The translations under genes and the position numbers were made by a program. Shown piece by piece: positions 38,089 to 51,664 of a DNA stretch of 64,000 bases. Source of the stretch: Octopus sinensis. Lineage: Eukaryota. Each line of letters starts with the position of its first letter. Position 1 is the stretch's first letter. The notes beneath the pieces are model-generated. The model ran no database searches. It was given only the letters and a program-made list of their open reading frames with translations, and was not told the origin of the DNA. Location: NCBI RefSeq assembly GCF_006345805.1, contig NC_043003.1:65720001-65784000 (forward strand), given 5' to 3'.

Positions 38089-38121
38089 CTCTATCTCTCT
38101 ATCTCTCTATATATCTAAATC

Positions 38122-38152
<31 letters not shown>

Positions 38153-38213
38153 CTCTATCTCTCTATCTCTCTATCTCTCTATCTCTCTATATATCTAAAT
38201 CTCTATCTATCTA

Positions 38214-38247
<34 letters not shown>

Positions 38248-38400
38248 CCACGCATTTAACATACATATATAAACATAAATGTGTGTATGAGTGCATATAT
38301 ATACAGATATACAGATATATATGTATGTATAAGCGTATGTGTGTGTGGAACTTTTGGTATTTATTACTAATTGATCGGCTGTAAATTGCTCTTAGCATAT
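37460..38400. repeat. Compound (TA)n/(AG)n/(CTAT)n microsatellite field
   Basis: Directly visible. Confidence 0.95.
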
Positions 38401-39563
38401 ATATGTTTTTCTCTTAAGTCATTGTGTTTATGAATGAGTGTGCGTGTGCGCGTCTGTGTGTGCGTGCGTAAGCATGCGTGTATTGTGTTTGCATCTGTGA
38501 GTTTGTATTTATTCATGGACAGAAGATTACTTGCTCTTTTGTTATAATCTAAAACTGTCCGTGTAATTTTTCAACCATTTTTCTTTCGATATGTGAGCGG
38601 TTTAAAAAGAGAAAGAGAAAAGGAAAATGCATCATCATTTGCATTTGAGAGTAACTGACGGTGCCCTATATCTGTACCGAAAATCTGTACGCAATAACAA
38701 GCGTACAACATATGAGGGAATTTGTCTTGACTTGCCTTCACAGGATTAACTCTCCTATTGTGGACAATCTTGATGCATGATGAAGGTTACATATAGAAAT
38801 ACTCATGTCCTACAGGCGATGCCATACGCCATTTAAGATAAGCTTTTACGTATTTCGTTTTTGGATTTGGTTTGCAAGATTCTTTATGAGAGTCCGTGAG
38901 TTGAAGCATACTTTTCTAAAATTTTCATTGCGTCCTGCAAACGTTTCAATTTCTATGGAAAAGTTTGCAAAACGCAACGAAAATTTTAGAAAAATAACTA
39001 AATAAATGAGTGGAAACTTAACCGGTGTGTTAAATAATAAGTCGCTAAAACAGAATGACTCTCCCAGACACAAGAAAATTTTACGTATTATTTTTTAAAT
39101 ATTCTGATTTGTATGATCCGATATTAAAGTCCATATGGATGTTATATTAGAAAAATTGATTGGAATCGTCTTGTGCATCGAAGTAGAACATTTATAAAGC
39201 TGCAAAGTAAAACTCTCCTTCATCTGTTATCATTTTCCTTCAACTTGTTCGAGTTATTAGACTGCGGCCATGCTGGGGCACTGCCTTGAAGAACTTTTGG
39301 TCGGATGAATCTACTGCTGTACGCATTCTCTTAAGCCTGGTACTTATTTTATCGGTCTTTTTTTCTGAAACGCTAGGCTACTTGAACGTAAGCATAACAA
39401 AACCGGTGGTCATGCGAGGTGAAACAAACACAGACACAAAGACACACACATACACACACATCTGCACACATACACACACATCTGCACACATACACAGACA
39501 CAGACACACACACACCTATATACACGTACGAACATACATACGTATATGTACATATATTATTTA

Positions 39564-39928
39564 TTCTTTTACTTGTTTGAGTCATTTGAATGCTGCGATG
39601 CTGGAGCACCGCCTTTAATCGAACGAATCTACCCCAGGACTTATTCTTTGTAAGCCTTGTACTTATTATATCGGATCTTCTGGCCGAACCGCTATGTTAC
39701 GGGGGCGAAAATACACACCAACATCGGTTGTCAATCGATGGTGGGGTGGGGCAAACACACACACTTACATATACACGACGGGCTTCTTTCGTCTACCAAA
39801 TTCACTCACAAGGCTTTGGTCGACCCGAGGCTATAGTAGAAGACATACTTGTCGAAGATGCGACGCAGTGGGGCGGAAACCAGAACCATGTCTTTGAGAA
39901 GCATGCTTCTTATTACACAGCCACGCCT
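39564..39928 (-). mobile_element. SINE family A, near full-length (a second partial tail lies at ~39255-39430)
   Basis: cttttacttgtt...gctggagcaccgcc...cgacgggcttcttt...ggctatagtagaagac...cacagccacgcc. Confidence 0.88.
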
Positions 39929-40594
39929 ATGCCTATATCATAATCTATAGAAGGCAGATTTTCTCTGTCTGTGACTATGTTTGTTTGCTATACGATTGTA
40001 TATTTTTTTTTGGGGGGGGGGGGTCATATGTATACTCATTTTTCGTATATGCGTATGTATGTATGCGTATATAAACATGTGCGGGTATGTGCATATATGG
40101 GCGTGTGTGTGTATGAGTGCATAAGGGCATGTCCGTATATGAACGTGGTTTTTATGCTTTGTATACTTCCTTACGTTTTTTCTGTTACCTTTAACCATGA
40201 TTTTTCTTGTGCTTGTGTGTATATAGACGTATGTATGAACTTTTACGGTACGCATGTGTGTGTGTATGAGTTTGTATATATATGCATATCTATTTGGCGA
40301 AAAATGCGAGTGAAGATGTGTACGTTTTCATAGTGACGTATAAGTACGCACATGGGTCCGCGAGCGCACATGTGAGCGTATGACTAGCCATGTTTACGTG
40401 TTTTACTATGAAATTTTAATCTTATTTTATATAAGTAGCAGAATTATAACACAGTAATTTCCCTTTATATAACGGTATTTTTTCATAGCGTTTTTTCAGA
40501 TGGCCAGATAACCGAAGAGATAATGTGGTAGATTTCCACTTCGGCATCTGAAACTCAGAGTTTTATCTTGACTATTGAGTAATTGTACACATTT

Positions 40595-40664
<70 letters not shown>

Positions 40665-40774
40665 AAACTCAGAGTTTTATCTTGACTATTGAGTAATTGT
40701 ACACATTTTATATACATACATATATATATATATAGTTGCATATCTAAACATACTCTTATATACTTAAATAATAA

Positions 40775-41232
40775 ACTGCTGGAAAGTGTTACAGATTTTT
40801 TCAGTTCCACTGATGGCCATGGATCCATAGTCTTCAAATCAGCTTTCACCTTTCTGGCATTGGGAAGCCTAATTTCTCAATATATCCTAGTGCGCCAATA
40901 ATTACAGGTATAAACCTGAACTTGTAATCTGGGTAAAGTAGCTGTTGAGTTCTCAACAGTTCAGCGCAGGTATCTTTAGCTTTAATTTAACATCCACTGG
41001 GCAGCCAGTTTCCACAATTGTACAGTTTCATTTCTCTTGCCCAAATCCCTATGACAGGTCTATTTTGTTTACGTTTTATTGATCTTTTCACTGGGAAATT
41101 CCGCCGGTACACCTTGTTATTACAAAGGGCTATGGCTTCTACCATACTGTGGGTTTTTATTTTTTTGGCTTCAGGCTTATTCTTCCGACGGATCTCATTA
41201 TATAGTGTCTTCGCTAAAACATCTTGTCTCAA
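40775..41232 (-). mobile_element. RLE-type non-LTR retrotransposon C-terminus, distinct lineage
   Basis: NFPVKRSIKRKQNRPVIGIWAREMKL...LLYPDYKFRFIPVIIGALGYI...AISGTEKICNTFQQF*; RPD-like and IPVIIGALG motifs. Confidence 0.8.
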
Positions 41233-41756
41233 AACAGCCACACACAGACACACACACAAACATACGCACATGTCTGAATTTATGTTTGTGCCTGGATGTG
41301 TGTATGTGTATGTATGTACATATATACACATATACAGTCAGTGGAAACTTAAACAGCAACACTTTTTATTTTCTAATGTGCGTAAAGTAGATATGTTTTC
41401 AGATATATATGATTTTGCACTGTAAAACATATGGAATATAATATCATATTATAGACACACTTGTCTCAACAGCAAACAAACTAATAATTGAATCTGTCAT
41501 TTCAAAAATATTTAAAACGCTAATTGAAGCTTTCGAAAAAGAAAAGAGAAGAAAAAATGTAAAAAAGAAAGAAGGAAAATAAAGAAAATGTAAAAATATA
41601 AAATAAATAAAAATATAAAATAAATTCTTTAGTTGAAACAGGTTATTGAGTGACTTAGAAATTATAATTTAAGTAGAAAGAAACGTGTTGATTATATAAA
41701 ATACTCTCATGCGTCTTCAATATCCGTCTTTGAAAGACGTCTCCTGCGTTGTTTAA

Positions 41757-41808
<52 letters not shown>

Positions 41809-41924
41809 TGTGTGAGAGCTCTCAAAGAAGATTCTCGTTTGGTTGTACAGGCCCTGCTAAACTAGCCCCCATTTTTAATTTTAAAATATCGCTACGTATA
41901 AGATACGAAAATTGCTTCCTAAAC

Positions 41925-42210
41925 GAAGGGTTCTGGGTTCAGGCCCACTACGTGGAACCTTGGGCAGATCAAAGCCTAGATATTGGAGTTGGAAGACGAA
42001 ACTGAAAAAAAAACCCGTTATATATATATATATGTGCGTGTATATACATTTGAACGTATGTGTGCGCGTGACTGTGTGTCACAGGCCACCACTTGACAAC
42101 TGTTGTTGGTTTTTTTACGCCTCCGTAACTTTGTGATTCCATAAAAGAATGCAATTGAATAATAACCAAGCTTCAAGGCAGTGCTCCAGCAGGGCTGCAG
42201 TTTAACGACG
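41925..42210 (+). mobile_element. SINE family A, degenerate
   Basis: gggttcaggcccactacgtggaaccttgggcag...gaagacgaaactgaaa...cagtgctccagcagggctgcag. Confidence 0.8.
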
Positions 42211-42605
42211 AAATCGAAAGAATACCATAATACATGAACACACATTCATTCGTCAAAGCATTCTTAGATACACCATGTCTAAAAGTAGAACAGTATGGTC
42301 ATGACCGTAACGACTTTGGTTATAGGTTCGATCCGTGCTTACTTAGAGTTTCAGATCTATTCCATAATTTATCATCAAAATCTACCAAAGTTCCTCGCAA
42401 TTTTGTAACTGGAAAGATCCGAAGACTCTTCAAAAGGTTACAAGACTCAACGAAAATTTTAGGAAAATAAAAATAAGAAATAAGTGGAAATTTTACCGGC
42501 GAGTGTCTTAAATTTTAAGGCACAAAAAGAAAATGATTCCCCACAGACACAACAAAATATGCTTCAACAGACGGAGTCATATAAAGAATCTAGCAAGCCT
42601 AAAAA

Positions 42606-42689
<84 letters not shown>

Positions 42690-42694
<5 letters not shown>

Positions 42695-42893
42695 CACCTC
42701 GTGTGTACCGTTGGCGATTTTTTCCCTCTGTCTTCCCTTCTCTGGATCTTTCCTTCTCCTACGTTTCCGACGAGGAACTCCGCTCGAAACGTTAAACCCT
42801 CCTTCTTTCCTTCTTTCCTGAGCGTCCAATAATACTATATTTGTTCCACCTCCTCGCGTTGGTGTGTTTTTTTTGTGCTTTCTTGTTTGGATC

Positions 42894-42898
<5 letters not shown>
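42690..42898 (+). mobile_element. Penelope-like non-autonomous repeat inserted in (TA)n
   Basis: Homologous to 12720-12895; (TA)n on both sides. Confidence 0.7.
42763..42797 (+). ncRNA. Minimal type I hammerhead-like motif, CCGACGA variant
   Basis: GUUU-CCGACGA-G-GAAC-ucc-GCUC-GAAAC-GUU-AAAC: stem I GUUU/AAAC, one stem II mismatch. Confidence 0.5.
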
Positions 42899-42948
<50 letters not shown>

Positions 42949-43203
42949 TACATATACATATATAGGTGCAGGACGTCACCAACAGTACACAACATAAAAT
43001 ACGAAAATAAATTATTTAAATACGCAAATAATGAGAGGGAAAGAAAAGGACAAGTAATACAAAGATGTCGTCTATCTATCTACTCCACATGGTCATTCTT
43101 TGTATTACTTGTTCATTCTTTCCTTCGTTATTCCATATCTAATTCATATATTATTTGCATTATTATTTATTTGAACGCTGCGCATCCATTTCCAAGTAAG
43201 TAA

Positions 43204-43234
<31 letters not shown>

Positions 43235-43281
43235 CTTACACACACACACGTATACATATTTGCATATACATTCATATATAT

Positions 43282-43320
<39 letters not shown>

Positions 43321-44819
43321 CTTTAGTGTAGAGGAAAGCATCGATAATATTCTTCAGTTTACGTAAGAAATACAACCATATGTTGTTTATTTGAATGCAA
43401 TTTATCTTCATAGTTTATACATTTCGCTTATGGTTCGAAGAATTCTTGTTTGATGTCTTCTGAATATATTTCGCCAGTAAGCCGAGTGGAACGTATCACT
43501 GCAACAGCTAAGACGCTGATGACTAATATTACATTAGAATAATGGTTATCTTTGCAAATTCTTGATCTTTGCAATTTTTTTTGGTATTATAAAAATTTAC
43601 ATTAATCCAACCAATAAAAAATATTCCTTCAACCTAGAATGCTGTCATATCCAAGTTCGTTTTAGGACTTAACCATCAGACAGGAAAACTATTATCTTAT
43701 GTATAACAACTGACTGGACACATCAATACTTTTTTCATGAAAATTCATCGAATTAGCACCGACTGGACCTCATCTGACAAGAATGTATGATGAGCTATGT
43801 TGAAGCGATTTTCTTGCGTTCGCGTATTTACGTATCATAGTTATCTCCCTTTCTATCAATTTATCAACTATCTCATCATCCAACCACCTATCTATTTATC
43901 TTTCTGTCTATCTATCTGCCTATCTATCTATCTCTCATTTTTATTGGCCATCTATAAACTAGTACGGCCAAATAGTAAAACATACATAGGTGCAGTTACA
44001 AAGGCAAAAGCTAAGAATTTATTAAGCATAAATATAGAAACTGACTGATGCGTATATCTAAATGACATTTTCAATAGTATTTTGAACGCGAGTAACCAAA
44101 CGTTTCGTATCATTCAGAAAGAATATTGTTGGTCAAATTCAAGCAAAACTAAACGCGTGAATGCATGTAGTTCGCCACAATGATTTGCTCCGTGTTTGTC
44201 TTCGAAATACACCTGAGGATGTTAAATATGGAAAGTGATATATTTCTTGCTTAGAATGGAAACAAAATAGTGATCATATGGCCGCAAAATACGAGAATGC
44301 TTTCAGCAGACGTATAGCAAGATGTATTCTACCTTGACCAGAGAAGGGTACATGAAAGTGTATACTATTAATTTACACGTAAGGCGACGTACCAGCACAA
44401 CTTGTGATCCTCTTATTTATCCACAGGCTGGAACTGCAATGAGTAACATGGAAAATATAAGATTAACGACCGCAGATATTGATATGAAATGCATGTCTAC
44501 ATGGAAGAAGCTTTTAGATAAGTCTTTTTTTTAATTTCATCTCTGTCTCTGTTAGATATAGAATGTAGCTGTGATAATTTTTACATAGCCCTCGTCGTAA
44601 TCCTGCTGGATCTCCATACCGGTTTACTCATCAGTCCTAAATATAGATTAACATACTCTCAAATGTTATACTGACTTTTGCAAATTCGCACATTTTAACG
44701 CTATTTATAGAAAGATCACTTGTTCTACGGACAGAGATCTATGGTAATAAACCATCGCTTTTAAAGACATGGTTCGAAGCACAAACATCACAAATTAAAT
44801 CAATTTGATGTAGAATATT

Positions 44820-46020
44820 TTTACCTCTCCGTACAAAGGAACAATTTACTACGATCTGATAGTAGAGCAATACCTCTTTAGTTAGCACACATTGTTCTGG
44901 CTACTTTTCCTTTATAGAGAGGAAAAGTCCTTAGGCGTTGCACCGTCCCTCCAGGCTGCACTAATAAGTTCATGAAGGGACTGTAGGATGTAATCTCTCT
45001 ATATATAAACGGCAGTTTGTCTGTCTGTGTGTCTGTGTGTCTGTCAGGTTGTACCCTCACCCTGACCACGGCTTTCAACCGATTCTGATGAAACTTGACA
45101 CACACGTAGCTCAATGTCATAATTCAAAACTAACGGAGCGAAAATTTTGAAAAGTTCCCCCAGTTCTGAAAAAAAAATCGATAAATTCGACATGGGTCGA
45201 GAATCTAAGCTTTTTATATGCAACACATTTTCTACAGACTGTCTAGGGGACGCAACTCGACCCTTTTAACCCTCGGAACACGTGGGGTAAGTATCCCAAA
45301 ATGTATAAAAATGTACAAAAACGGCAAAAAACGGGCAGCAATGTGACAACAACCAAAAAGTCAAAAGTGACCAAACTGAACAAACGAATGGAAAAGGTTT
45401 TTTGATGCACACGACAAAAGCGGTTTATAATAAACCAAGAGTTTGCAAGTAGCGTCCGACGACCCTTAGGGTACGTCAAACATTTAAGGTAAAATGTTTG
45501 GGGTGGTAGTTATAAAGAAAGTGTAAACAAAAAAAGTATTCGAATAACTTGCGGCTGCAGCAGCTATTAGCAAAAGTGGCGGTGTTGGGGGTAAAGTCTC
45601 GAATGTAATTTCTTCCTGGTAGGAATTGGTTGGGTTGAATTATCGATAGCTGTTTGATAGTTATTTGGGAGTGAAGAGAAGATATTGCAACCTACACATG
45701 CGCCTTCGTTCCCTAGAGGGAAAGGACTAGATTGGGATTAGTCGTTGCCTACTAGGGGCTCTTACATACCCGGGCAACGCAGGGCTATGCTGCTAGTCAC
45801 CACTAAATCGCAAGATCACAGCACAAATTCCATCCTTTCCAGGTGCCCTGCCAAGATTCAATTTACTCATTTATGCCATTACTTCATCTATTGCGGGCGT
45901 GGAATTTAAGGAGCCAATGATAGGTCTTTGTTGCATAGTATCAATCACTCTTTCGTCCATAACTGACTCATGGCCAGAAAAGTCAGGAATGGAATAGGTG
46001 TAGGAAAGAATGAATGAGAG
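44820..46020 (-). mobile_element. RTE-clade LINE RT fragment split by a Helitron
   Basis: TPAIDEVMA*MSKLNLGRAPGKDGICAVILRFSG|DYILQSLHELISAAWRDGATPKDF..PLYKGK...CAN*RGIALLS. Confidence 0.9.
44994..45796 (+). mobile_element. Non-autonomous Helitron
   Basis: A|TCTCTCTATATATAA 5' end; 3' hairpin-like cccgggcaacgcaggg then CTAG|T; no TSD; removal restores the RTE frame. Confidence 0.92.
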
Positions 46021-46141
46021 CGAAAGATTTGATTTTATTTTACTTTCCCTCTCATTCATTCCTTCCCACACCTATCCCATTCTTGTCTTTTTTCTCTCCT
46101 CTCTCTTCAAATTCACCTTACCTTAGTTAATTTTTTATAAA

Positions 46142-47106
46142 CTAGCATAGACGCCCGGCGTTGCTCGGGATTAAAATGGCATAGTTTGTATATCTAATGC
46201 AGTTATGTTGAAACAGGTGATACGGGATAAGGTAGCATTGGTGACAAAATATTTGTAGAGTAAATAATGGGCTAATTCGCCTAAGCAACATGTCATACAT
46301 CCGGTTGGAGTATTCCAGGCACTAACATGTCATGAAAAATTGGGGTGGGGGTATGTGCATGCCTTTGCTCATCTCGAGAAAGTCTCATCTCGTTTCTGTC
46401 TTGAAACTCCATTTGACGTGCTGCAGCATGCATTTACTGATCATGGGAAAGTCTCATCGCCCTTTTGCATTGAGACTCCATCTGACGTGCTGCGGTATGA
46501 CTTTGCCGATCTTGGGAGAGTCTCATCTCCCTTCTCTATTGAGACTCCATTAATTTAAGGGTAAATATATAATGGTAAATAACTTGCAACTGCTGGGATA
46601 ATTATGAACTTGTAATTGAACGGCAAATGTGTATTTTTATATACCTAGGACCAGCCACCAAATTGTTTTTTGCGAAGAGTTTCACCATCAGCCGTTTGTT
46701 GTATTACTCAGCACACATATACCAACACACATTCCGCTGTCATGACGGAAAGCTGCTGATACATAATGTTGTTCACATTAGAATATAAATTATTCATTTA
46801 TTTATCACTGTAGAATTAAAAGTGAAACAATAAAAGTGTAGCAATATTATAGGCTTAGAATGAAAAATGCAAGAATAAAAGTAAAAACAAAAACATACGA
46901 CATTGCAATATAGATCTTATTCTTTCAGTTATGACACGTTATACCGAACTAGCTTTAAATTTATCTTGTTTTAATCCAAATGAAAAAAATTACACGTTGA
47001 CACTCAGGTGGTCTGATACTATTACCTTGTAAAATTTGATTTGAGTTGGTCGTCCCGTTCGAGAAAATATAGAGAACAGAGAGACTAAGAATTTTATATA
47101 TATAGA
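46142..47106 (-). mobile_element. Non-autonomous Helitron (3' end clear, 5' end uncertain)
   Basis: Minus strand ends cccgagcaacgccgggcgtctatgCTAG|T; candidate 5' TCTATATATATAA at 47106 lacks the preceding A. Confidence 0.6.
46361..46552. repeat. 69-bp minisatellite, ~2.8 units
   Basis: Units start at 46361, 46430, 46499; shared aagtctcatc...ttgagactccat.tgacgtgctgc. Confidence 0.92.
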
Positions 47107-47574
47107 CAAGGAAGTTAATTTCTTGACAAAACTTACAAACCCCGATTGAGTGTATAAAGCTCTAGAAGAAAATAGCTTGAGTAACAAAACTTGAGTCGCT
47201 TTAGGAGAGCTTTTTCTAACGCATGACCACTCAGTGGCGTGGTTAAAATCTCATTGGTTCGTAATAAAGGCTTATCGGCCGAATGCGGCTCATAGCGGTC
47301 ATAGGTACGCATGCACGACCGCACACACAACGTTTTTCGATAGATGGAGAAATGTAGATAGTGTATTTAAATAACCGGAGTGCATACAATTTAAAATAAG
47401 TAATGCTGTAGGGAGAACGTACACACATCTTAAGGACTAAGATATTTACGCACGACAAAATTGAAATACACCGAAGACAATTTTTAGGCAGGTGTGGCAA
47501 AACTGAATTTATATACGCTGGGTGAACAAAAATTAAGAATAACTAAATTATTTTTTAGAGAGGACGTACAAAAA

Positions 47575-47685
47575 CGTAACAAAAGGTAGACCGATAGAAT
47601 AAGTACTGGGCTCGAGTTGCTCGATTAAAGGCGGTGCTCCAGCATGGCCGCAGTCAAATGACTGAAAAAAGTAAAAGAGTAAAAG
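47575..47685 (+). mobile_element. SINE family A 3' tail
   Basis: gaccgatagaataagtac...aaaggcggtgctccagcatggccgcagtcaaatgactga...gtaaaagagtaaaaga. Confidence 0.88.
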
Positions 47686-47765
47686 AGAGTAACAGATTCT
47701 TACGCACAATTTATTGAAATACACGGAATTCAATTTGTAAACATATGTTAGTAAGAGTGTGAGTT

Positions 47766-47812
<47 letters not shown>

Positions 47813-47989
47813 AGAGAATGAAAGATACAGATAGACATAGACTAAAAGCGAGGAACTATTACAGAGGGTGTGAAAACATGTGTAAGTAAAAGTAACAGAG
47901 ACTGAGAAAAAGAGATAGAAGAGAGAAAGAAACACAGAGAAAAGGGAGAGAATCGGTTGAAAACTGCAGAAGTCTTTAAAGGAGAACCT

Positions 47990-48230
47990 GTGTAAAACAC
48001 CGTTTTCCCGGTTTCTCGCTTGACGCGAGAGCTCTGGGGGAAATGTTAGAGTGCATGACAATCTGTAGCACATAAGTAATGTGTGTGTAACGTTTGGTGA
48101 AAATCGGTCGAAAAGTGTACAAATCCATACGTACTACATACACTCAATAAGCGTGTGCGCACACAAGCACGAATACACACAGGCTTGCGTGTACAAATAA
48201 ACAGACATCATCTGTTATGTATATATATAT
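47990..48230 (-). mobile_element. Short Helitron-like non-autonomous fragment
   Basis: Minus strand ccgattttcaccaaacgttacacacac resembles ccgattctgatgaaacttgacacacac near the 5' end of the 44994 Helitron. Confidence 0.4.
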
Positions 48231-48238
48231 ATACACAT

Positions 48239-48300
<62 letters not shown>

Positions 48301-48511
48301 ATATATATCGAGAGTAAAGTAATTTTGTTAACATCTTCGTTCGACTCCATTCTTTCATTTATTCATATACAACACACAAATTTCTGCAAATGAACCCGGA
48401 GTTTCTACCCTGGACAGGTCGCTTCAACCGTGTTTCTGACGTGAATTTGCTACCCTGGTTCGGTTCAACGAATTTTTCATGGTGACGATAAACATAGGAT
48501 AATTCATTCAC

Positions 48512-48569
<58 letters not shown>

Positions 48570-48769
48570 CTTGAAATACTCGTCCTACATTGATTATTGT
48601 TGTCCTTTTCCTCTAATATATAGTTTCTAAATCAGAAGCCTAATACGGGTTCCTAGCTCTAGCCTCAGCTGTGAAATTGCAATCTAATGGACGACCAGTT
48701 ATAGAAGTTAGTCAGCGTACCTATTCGTTTTAGATCCCCACTGTACTAAATACTTCGTATTCTCTGTAT

Positions 48770-48930
48770 ATATATGTCGGTGTGCTTACGTCCACGTAAC
48801 TTACCACTTCGGCAAAGGTGACTCATATATTCTGTATTAAGCTTACAAAGAATAACGCCAGGGATTGATTTGTTCCAATAAAGGCGGTGCTCCAGGATGG
48901 TCGCAGTCAAATGACTGAAACAAGGAAAAG
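48770..48930 (+). mobile_element. SINE family A 3' tail
   Basis: tacgtccacgtaactt...taaaggcggtgctccaggatggtcgcagtcaaatgactgaaacaag. Confidence 0.82.
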
Positions 48931-48994
48931 AGTCCCGAAATATAACTATATATATATATATTATGTATCTCTCTCTCTCTCTCTCTCTCTCTCC

Positions 48995-49027
<33 letters not shown>

Positions 49028-49048
49028 TATATATATATATTGTTTTCA

Positions 49049-49111
<63 letters not shown>

Positions 49112-49423
49112 CAGAGAAAACAAAACTGGCGAAGTATTTTCTTGTTTAGCTGCGGTGTTTAGCACAGATACATCAGACGTGTAATCAAAGACATTGCACC
49201 AAATATTGTATTTATATATGCGTATTACGAAATATATTATTTAATATTCATTTTTGTTTTCATTTTTGAATATGATTGATGTAGATAGAGTTAGATATTG
49301 TGTAGACGGCATAGTCTTCTGTACAGTTCTGCATAGGCAGATTTCATTCCATGTTCTTTTTGTATGTTTCCTACGATGAGCAGTGAATTTACTACCTATA
49401 AAAAGGTTATTCATATATAGAAA

Positions 49424-49458
<35 letters not shown>

Positions 49459-50039
49459 AGGCCAGAAATACATCAACACATATCTCACAGCAATAAATAC
49501 GCTTGGAACAGTTCGTGTAATAAAGGCAAGGCCAGTGAATCAATATATACGTTGGATACACAGGTTTATCGATAATGTAAGAAAGGTGTATTAGTTCGAT
49601 AAATATCTCGTTTCATAACGATGCAACCATAGCCGTAAGAGAATCCGACAGCAAATCAAGCATAGATCAATTTTTTTGTAATTGACTCTGTTATTGAGTT
49701 CGTATATTCAACAAAACGTATCTATTTATCGTATCACGTATTCAATTAATTCATTAGCAACTGCACATATGTGCGTGTGTTCGCGTCTGTGTTTGTGTGC
49801 ATACGTATCCTTGTGTGGGAGGATATACAGTTTCTTAAAAATTCATACGCTTGGTAAATGAATGAGCTTCAGTTTGCGTCACTGAATTCATATATTTGCA
49901 GTTTATTGACCCATGTAGAAAAAAGCCTAAGTGTCCCATTCACGTAGTTAACTGATATGAAGACATGAAGACATGAAGACAAGGTCATATGCACTCGCCT
50001 TAAATCAAAGCGCACACACACACTCACTCACATATTTAT

Positions 50040-50850
<811 letters not shown>

Positions 50851-51664
50851 AACTGAGAAAGAAATAGGGACACAAACAGAATGAATTATGTGTTACATAT
50901 ACATTTCTCTAAATCCATATTGAAATCTATGTGTTTGATATCCTGGCTTTGTCCATCTCCGTATTTGTCTACGTATTTCTGTGCCTGGTATGTAACGTGT
51001 GTATTTCTTAGTGTGTTTATGACATATACATTTGTTTCTATCGTAAATTCCCTTGTGCATATATGTTTGCCCTCATGAATAGGAATGCATCGTAAATGTA
51101 AAATGATGTTAGCCTACGTGCATTTCAATCTGTTGTACATGTTTACATTTGTTTGCGATTCTGTGACGATGAACACGTGCATAATATAAAACATCGTCCG
51201 GTAGTAAATTTGAGAGTCTGATGGTTTATTGACTGGGAACGAGGTTTTGTTACGTTAGAAGAGTTTATATAGCGGAGACACACATCGTGATGTGTGTAGG
51301 ATTGCACTTCCGCGTATACGTCAATACATATTCAAACACATACACATCTATACAGATACATATGCTTGCATACATATACAAATAAAAACAATGCCATACA
51401 TACACAGACAGTCACAATCATACACACACATATTTACACATGAACACAGCCAGATTTCTCATAATAAGTTTATCTTCATCTTCATACGCAACCCTTAGTG
51501 CAGAAAGCTAGAACGATCAAAATTTTACTATATACGTCTATCTTTCTGAGCATATATGTGCATGCGTGTGTATGTATGTCTGTATGTATGTATGTATGTA
51601 TGTATGTATGTATGTATGTATGTATGTATGTATGTATGTATGTATGTATGTATGTATGTATGTA

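Noticed and set aside
42234-42470. 78-aa ORF as Penelope protein upstream of the PLE-like repeat
   Set aside because: No RT or GIY-YIG motif is visible, and it is separated from the repeat by a (TA)n tract.
43515-43550. Hammerhead-like ctgatga-ctaat/attag
   Set aside because: The stem is followed by AATA rather than GAAA, and helix III and stem I are absent.
44322-44534. Two-exon coding unit with a 48-nt intron (44379-44426)
   Set aside because: Splice signals are plausible, but the intron is very short, the peptide is unrecognisable, and the region abuts decayed RTE sequence.
44540-44990. Helitron helicase C-terminus (GRCNA, ICKSQ-like words on the minus strand)
   Set aside because: A different frame gives a much better RTE RT match (LHELI..W, PLYKGK, RGIALLS) that is continuous with 45797-46020.
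46361-46552. CRISPR-like array
   Set aside because: Units are contiguous and homologous along their whole length, with no unique spacers and no cas genes; eukaryotic context.
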